Shown here: positions 15,471 to 20,000 of the stretch, piece after piece | Numbering within the stretch: position 1 is the stretch's first letter | Layout of the letters: each line of letters opens with the position of its first letter | Origin: an uncultured virus (IMG/VR IMGVR_UViG_3300032046_001865) | Taxonomy: Duplodnaviria; Heunggongvirae; Uroviricota; Caudoviricetes | IMG/VR virus record: IMGVR_UViG_3300032046_001865 | Span: 52,729-72,728 of that record | Length of the DNA: 20,000 nt | Strand: one strand, 5' to 3' | Program-made: the position numbers and the translations under genes | The notes under the pieces: generated by a model | What the model saw: only the letters and a program-made list of their open reading frames with translations | What the model was told of the DNA's origin: nothing | Database searches by the model: none

Positions 15471-17044
15471 TCAAAGTGCCGAACAAACCCAAGACCGTGT
15501 ACGACGAGGCGATCGCCGACGTCAAGAAGCTCAAGGAGCTTGCGGAGTCACGCGCTCGTGACGCCGTCCTGCTGAGGGTAGAGCCACAGCTCAAGCGTCT
15601 CGTCGAACAACACCTCTTCAACGAGGGTGGTGACGAAGAGGATTGCGATCATGATTTCGAAGATGGTGACATCTGCTCGAAGTGTGATCAAATGAAGGAG
15701 TCCAGCGGAGTCGCCGCCGTTCAAGGCAGCATGTCTCCTCCCGTGGACGAAGACGATCGTCAGTACGAAGTCGACGAAAGCGCTGAGTCGCCACTCGCTC
15801 AGCTTGCCGACTTCACACATCCAGTGACAGACGATCGTTTCGCGGTCGATGTCTACCGTCTGCAAGAGGATATTCAACGCCTTGTGGTTGCAGATCGCAA
15901 AGAAAAGATGTCGAAGCCTTTCTCCACACAGCTGGAAGAGGCAATCTCTAAACTTGAAGATATGTACGCTTATCTCAGGGAGTCATATACCGGCATTGAC
16001 CGGGACGCCATTGAGATCAAGCTGGAAAAAGGTTACGGCTTGGTAAACGCCGTCAAGGAGTCAACAATGAAGATGCGTGATTTGCTCAACGAGGAAGATC
16101 TGACCGTGAAGATCAATAATCTTCCTGATGGGGTCGACCCCGACGCGATCACGATCGACGTCGTCTCTGATGAGCCCGAGGCCGAACTCGGTGCAGACGC
16201 TGGTGGCGCTCCGGCAGAAGCTGGCGCTCCTCCCTTCCCTCAGGCTGAGGGTGACATGAACGAGGACGACGTTCTTGAGATCTCCGAGTCTGACCTTCGG
16301 GCTGAGCTCTCTCGCCTTCGCAACCTCCGTGAGGGTGATGCCACTCCTCCGGCGACCAAGGGTCACGGTCCTGACAGCACGCTCGACAACTTCGGCGACG
16401 CCGACTCCGAGGGCGACGCCTTCGAGAACCCAGACGACGAGCTTGACCTCGTCGAAGGCGATGACGAGCCAGTCACTGCAGACGAGCCTAAGAGCACACA
16501 GGAATCCGTTCGCAAGCGCCTCGCTCGCGCCGCGAAGCGCCTCTCTGAGGCTCGCGGCACCGACCGTGAGGACTTCGCAAAAGCCATGTATCGTAGCGCT
16601 GTCAAGGCCTACCGTCAGACCCGCTCCCTCGTGGAGTCCAACAAGAACTCTGCTCCTGCCGCCAAGAATGCGACAGGGAGCAAGCAGCTCGCCCAGGCGA
16701 ACGGCAAGGTCAACTCGTTGACCAAGCAGCTCGTCGAAGCGCAGCTTCTCAACGCCAAACTGATCCACGCGAATAAGCTCCTGAGGCTCGAGGGTCTCAC
16801 CAAGGCACAACAGGCCATGGTGATCGACAGGCTCGACGAGGCTCGGAACTTGCGAGAGGTGAGGCTCATCAGCGAGAACATCAAGGCTGTCCTCGCTGGC
16901 AGCAAGGGCTCGGTCAACGAGTCCGCCTCGCGGCGCCCTTCGGGCTCCGCTTCCCGTCCGAGCCAATCCGGCACGGCGTCTGCACAGACCCTCACTGAGG
17001 GCCTCCAGACGGCGCGTTGGGCGACGCTCGCCGGCATCAAGTGA
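15467..17044 (+). CDS. Prohead core/scaffold protein (functional analogue of T4 gp22)
   Basis: Lies directly upstream of the major capsid gene. Acidic low-complexity middle, coiled-coil ends (EAIADVKKLKELAE; LLNAKLIHANKL) and C-terminal RWATLAGIK. The start may be GTG 15467 or 15476. Confidence 0.75.
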   Translation: MIKVPNKPKTVYDEAIADVKKLKELAESRARDAVLLRVEPQLKRLVEQHLFNEGGDEEDCDHDFEDGDICSKCDQMKESSGVAAVQGSMSPPVDEDDRQYEVDESAESPLAQLADFTHPVTDDRFAVDVYRLQEDIQRLVVADRKEKMSKPFSTQLEEAISKLEDMYAYLRESYTGIDRDAIEIKLEKGYGLVNAVKESTMKMRDLLNEEDLTVKINNLPDGVDPDAITIDVVSDEPEAELGADAGGAPAEAGAPPFPQAEGDMNEDDVLEISESDLRAELSRLRNLREGDATPPATKGHGPDSTLDNFGDADSEGDAFENPDDELDLVEGDDEPVTADEPKSTQESVRKRLARAAKRLSEARGTDREDFAKAMYRSAVKAYRQTRSLVESNKNSAPAAKNATGSKQLAQANGKVNSLTKQLVEAQLLNAKLIHANKLLRLEGLTKAQQAMVIDRLDEARNLREVRLISENIKAVLAGSKGSVNESASRRPSGSASRPSQSGTASAQTLTEGLQTARWATLAGIK

Positions 17045-17074
17045 TCAAGAAACGTTGAACCAGGAAAGAACAAC

Positions 17075-18985
17075 ATGAAGAATTTCAATAGCTCGGTCCT
17101 CTTTGAGGGCATTCGCGAGCGACACATGGGCACCGAGCGCAAGCGCTTGGTCGAGAAGTGGATGAAGACCGGCCTGCTCCGCGGTCTCGACGGCCAACGA
17201 CGCGAGGACATGTCGCAGCTCCTGGAAAACCAGGCTGCCCAGGTTCTTCGTGAGTCGAATGCTCTCTCCACCGGCGGTGGTGGTCTCTCTTCGAGCGGCC
17301 AGATCCAGGGCTTCTCGACGATCGCGTTCCCGATCGTTCGTCGCGTGTTCGGTGGCCTCGTCGCCAACGAGCTCGTCTCGGTCCAGCCGATGGCGCTCCC
17401 CGCGGGCCTCATCTTCTACCTTGACTACACGTACGGTTCGAACAACGGCGGCGACGCTGGGTTTGGGCTCTCCTCGGCCGCGACGCAGTCCACGTACACG
17501 CGTGGCACGTCGATCTACGGAAACCCGGTCGGCAAGGGCATCCAGTCCGGCTCGGTTGAAGCGGGCGGCATGTACGACCTCGTCGGCAGCGGGTACTCGA
17601 AGGTCCACCAGGCCTCGAGCGCGCTCTCGATGTCCAACGACAACATCGGCGCGTTCACTGGCGCGTCCAACGCTTGGTCCGTCGGCGGCCGCGTTCAGAC
17701 GGTCACGTCCTTCACCGGTTCGAACGCGCGTTTCGCGAACTTCGACCCACAGGTTGAGGCAGACCTCTCGCAGAACGTGCTGGACTTCCAGCTCATTCAC
17801 GTTCCCGTCTCGTCGTTCACAACGAACCTCGCGAACGCGGACATGCTCGCGGTTGATCAGATCGCCGTCTTCGGCTTCGGCGCTGGCCACGTTGGCGGCG
17901 CGGTAGCCTGGGGTTCGGCGTACCAGGCAGGCACCGGCGTGCTCAACCTTCGTCGCGCAAACAAGCGCGGTAACTGGGACGGCACGACCTTCACGCCGAG
18001 CCCGCTCAACGGTGATCACGTCCAGTTCCTCGTCCGCCTCTCCAATGGCGGCGCGTCGGTCTCTGGTTCGGTCGCTGCCAACCTCAAGTTGACCTGCTCT
18101 GTCGCGATCGTCGATAAGCTCACGGTCGACGGCAACACGGCTGCTACCCTCGTGCTCCCGTCCTTTGAAACGGACTTCAGCGCGTCGGGTTCGCCCAGCA
18201 TCCCCGAGATCGACATCAAGATCGAGTCCATCGCCATCACCGCTGAGAGCCGCAAGCTCAAGGCCAAGTGGTCGCCGGAGCTCGCTCAGGACCTCAACGC
18301 GTACCACTCGATGGACGCCGAGGTCGAGCTGACGAGCATCCTCTCGCAGCAGATTGCCCTCGAGATCGACCGTGAAGTCCTCGTCGACCTGCTCACGCAG
18401 GCCTCCGGCGCGAACCTCTACTGGTCTCGCGCGCCCGGTCGCTTCGTGAACAAGCTCACGGGTGACCCCGTCAACCTCGCCTCGAGCCTCTCGATCGGCC
18501 CCGCCTTCACCGGCACGGTCCGTGAGTGGTACGAGACCCTCGTCGAGACCATCATCGACGTTGCGAACACCATCCACCGCAAGACCCTTCGTGGCGCTGC
18601 GAACTTCATGGTGTGCGGTCCCGACGTCGCGACCATCCTCGAGGCTTCGGCGATGTATCGCACGAAGGTCTCGATCGACGGTGACGGCCAGGCGGCTTCG
18701 GTGTTCTCGATTGGCTGCGAGGCAGTTGGCACTCTGACCAACCGCTTCACGGTCTACAAGGACCCCTACTTCCCACGCTCCAAGGTGCTCGTCGGCTTCA
18801 AGGGCGGCAGCTACCTCGAGACCGGGTTCGTGTACGCTCCGTACGTCCCACTCATCGTCACACAGACGATCTACAACCCTGAGGACTTCTCGCCACGCCG
18901 CGGTGTCATGACCCGGTACGGCAAGAAGATGGTTCGGTCCGACTTCTACGGTACCGTCTCCCTCATGGACATGTCGATCATCTGA
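17075..18985 (+). CDS. Major capsid protein (T4 gp23-like)
   Basis: LLENQ, FPIVRRVF, VSVQPM..P.GLIFYLD, SRKLKAKWSPELAQDLNAYH, EIDRE, YAPYVP and GVMTRYG motifs. Strong codon bias; AGGA upstream. Confidence 0.97.
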   Translation: MKNFNSSVLFEGIRERHMGTERKRLVEKWMKTGLLRGLDGQRREDMSQLLENQAAQVLRESNALSTGGGGLSSSGQIQGFSTIAFPIVRRVFGGLVANELVSVQPMALPAGLIFYLDYTYGSNNGGDAGFGLSSAATQSTYTRGTSIYGNPVGKGIQSGSVEAGGMYDLVGSGYSKVHQASSALSMSNDNIGAFTGASNAWSVGGRVQTVTSFTGSNARFANFDPQVEADLSQNVLDFQLIHVPVSSFTTNLANADMLAVDQIAVFGFGAGHVGGAVAWGSAYQAGTGVLNLRRANKRGNWDGTTFTPSPLNGDHVQFLVRLSNGGASVSGSVAANLKLTCSVAIVDKLTVDGNTAATLVLPSFETDFSASGSPSIPEIDIKIESIAITAESRKLKAKWSPELAQDLNAYHSMDAEVELTSILSQQIALEIDREVLVDLLTQASGANLYWSRAPGRFVNKLTGDPVNLASSLSIGPAFTGTVREWYETLVETIIDVANTIHRKTLRGAANFMVCGPDVATILEASAMYRTKVSIDGDGQAASVFSIGCEAVGTLTNRFTVYKDPYFPRSKVLVGFKGGSYLETGFVYAPYVPLIVTQTIYNPEDFSPRRGVMTRYGKKMVRSDFYGTVSLMDMSII

Positions 18986-19020
18986 TCGTGAGCCGCTAGG
19001 CAACTAGCGATTCAAGACTG

Positions 19021-19050
19021 AGAGCCACCGAAAGGTGGCTTTCGTCGTTT
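19021..19050 (+). terminator. Probable intrinsic terminator after the major capsid gene
   Basis: Stem-loop AGAGCCACC-GAAA-GGTGGCTTT followed by a broken T tract (TTTCGTCGTTT). Confidence 0.75.
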
Positions 19051-19060
19051 AAGCGACAGA

Positions 19061-19070
19061 GATGTAGAAT
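19061..19070 (+). promoter_or_regulatory. Sigma70-like -10 element (TAGAAT), possibly giving a leaderless transcript
   Basis: GATGTAGAAT ends 6 nt before GTG 19077, and a similar GATGTATGAT occurs at 19299-19308. No good -35 was seen. Confidence 0.45.
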
Positions 19071-19076
19071 CAAAAC

Positions 19077-19265
19077 GTGAATCCTATCGCTGTGTTCTAC
19101 TACCGATACGATGAAGCAGAGATCAAGATCATGTTTGAGACAGGGTTCCTGTGGATCACAGACACAACACACTGGGTGTCGTACGATCAATACTCACAGG
19201 CACACACGCTTGTCGCAACGCTTGATTACCACCGTGTTGCTTCCAACTGGATCGAACTCCTTTAG
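19077..19265 (+). CDS. Small hypothetical protein (62 aa)
   Basis: ORF following a -10-like element; resembles the next two ORFs. Confidence 0.55.
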   Translation: MNPIAVFYYRYDEAEIKIMFETGFLWITDTTHWVSYDQYSQAHTLVATLDYHRVASNWIELL

Positions 19266-19319
19266 AGCAACATTGAAGAGCTAACGTAAGTTTGCATCGA
19301 TGTATGATCCGTCATTGAT

Positions 19320-19523
19320 ATGAAACCTATCATCTTCTGGTCGCTGCGGTCGTTCAACAACGACCTCGTCGCGTACCGTTTCGTGTTTGAGGACAGCTAC
19401 GTCTGCTTCAACGCGACGACCGGAGCGTCACGTGAGCTGTTGTTCACCGACTCTGTGAATAGAGCTTCCACCATCGCAATGTACCGCTTTGACCCCGAGC
19501 ATTGGAACGAGATGCCGCGATGA
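19320..19523 (+). CDS. Small hypothetical protein (67 aa)
   Basis: ORF preceded by TATGAT and coupled by ATGA to the next ORF. Confidence 0.6.
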   Translation: MKPIIFWSLRSFNNDLVAYRFVFEDSYVCFNATTGASRELLFTDSVNRASTIAMYRFDPEHWNEMPR

Positions 19524-19708
19524 TCTCGGGCGGTGCGTTATTCATCTCCAGAAACATCGACTACCCGCAGTCACGTTACATTTACGCAGACGGCATGATC
19601 GACGTGTACGATGGCGTCGCGGAATTCTCTCCGTTGACAGCGCTCCAGGTACTGGAGTACATTGAGGCGCACCTGTTGATGTTCGAATGGTGGGAGCTGG
19701 TTGAGTGA
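19520..19708 (+). CDS. Small hypothetical protein (62 aa)
   Basis: An ATGA overlap at 19520-19523 suggests the start MISGGALF rather than 19502. Confidence 0.6.
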   Translation: MISGGALFISRNIDYPQSRYIYADGMIDVYDGVAEFSPLTALQVLEYIEAHLLMFEWWELVE

Positions 19709-19749
19709 CGAAGAGTTCACGTCTCAGCCTACAACGGTAGGTTCAACGT

Positions 19750-20000
19750 ATGTCCACCTTCGCTGTGATCCAAGCAGAGTCATCATCCGTAAGCAACGAG
19801 GAGCATCCTACGTTGCAGGGTTCTGCGCTCACGAAACTGTGGAGCTCCGCTGCTCTGACTTTGTCACGTAAGCTCGTGGAATGCGCACGCCTGAAGCGAC
19901 GCTGCCCCGACATCTTCGATCCAGAGAGCGCTGAGGTTGCCTTTCGCATGGCGAAGGAGCTGCTGAACATCTCGCGGGTGCTCGACACGCTCGACAACCT
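19750..20000 (+). CDS. Hypothetical protein running off the 3' end of the window (MSTFAVIQAESS...RVLDTLDN)
   Basis: The frame is open from ATG 19750 to the window end; TAGGTT ends 6 nt upstream. Confidence 0.5.
   Translation, partial: MSTFAVIQAESSSVSNEEHPTLQGSALTKLWSSAALTLSRKLVECARLKRRCPDIFDPESAEVAFRMAKELLNISRVLDTLDN

Noticed and set aside
16061..17412. 301 aa and 265 aa antisense ORFs over the scaffold and capsid genes
   Set aside because: Same shadow effect in GC-rich, biased coding sequence.
17045..19003. 652 aa antisense ORF spanning the major capsid gene
   Set aside because: A shadow ORF expected from strong codon bias on the sense strand; no recognisable motifs.
1..20000. Stop-codon reassignment (alternative genetic code)
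   Set aside because: Terminase, portal, protease and capsid genes are intact under the standard code. The sbcD break involves a frame change, so readthrough does not explain it.
1..20000. CRISPR array, tRNA or rRNA genes
   Set aside because: No spaced direct repeats or cloverleaf-like sequences were seen, and intergenic gaps are all under about 100 bp.

Overview
A GC-rich window from a large tailed dsDNA phage with a T4-like head module. Every credible gene is on the + strand, and many are translationally coupled by NTGA start/stop overlaps. Order: end of a probable virion protein, gp4/TnsA-like head-completion nuclease, RuvC-like resolvase, small ORF, DnaG-like primase, Mre11/SbcD-Rad50/SbcC locus, small ORFs, large terminase, portal, hypothetical, prohead protease, peptide deformylase and several small probable head proteins, prohead scaffold, major capsid protein, terminator, then a cluster of small ORFs with -10-like elements. 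The most striking feature is the Mre11/SbcD nuclease domain. It is broken into two separately translated pieces by a free-standing Vsr/DUF559-type endonuclease gene, with no sign of an intron or intein, and its C-terminal piece is fused to Rad50/SbcC. Other observations: a candidate late promoter motif TA(C/G)TTA, a shared N-terminal motif in small head-cluster proteins, a probable nested start in the scaffold gene, and a probable small paralog family after the capsid gene. All calls come from motif recognition by eye; no searches were run.
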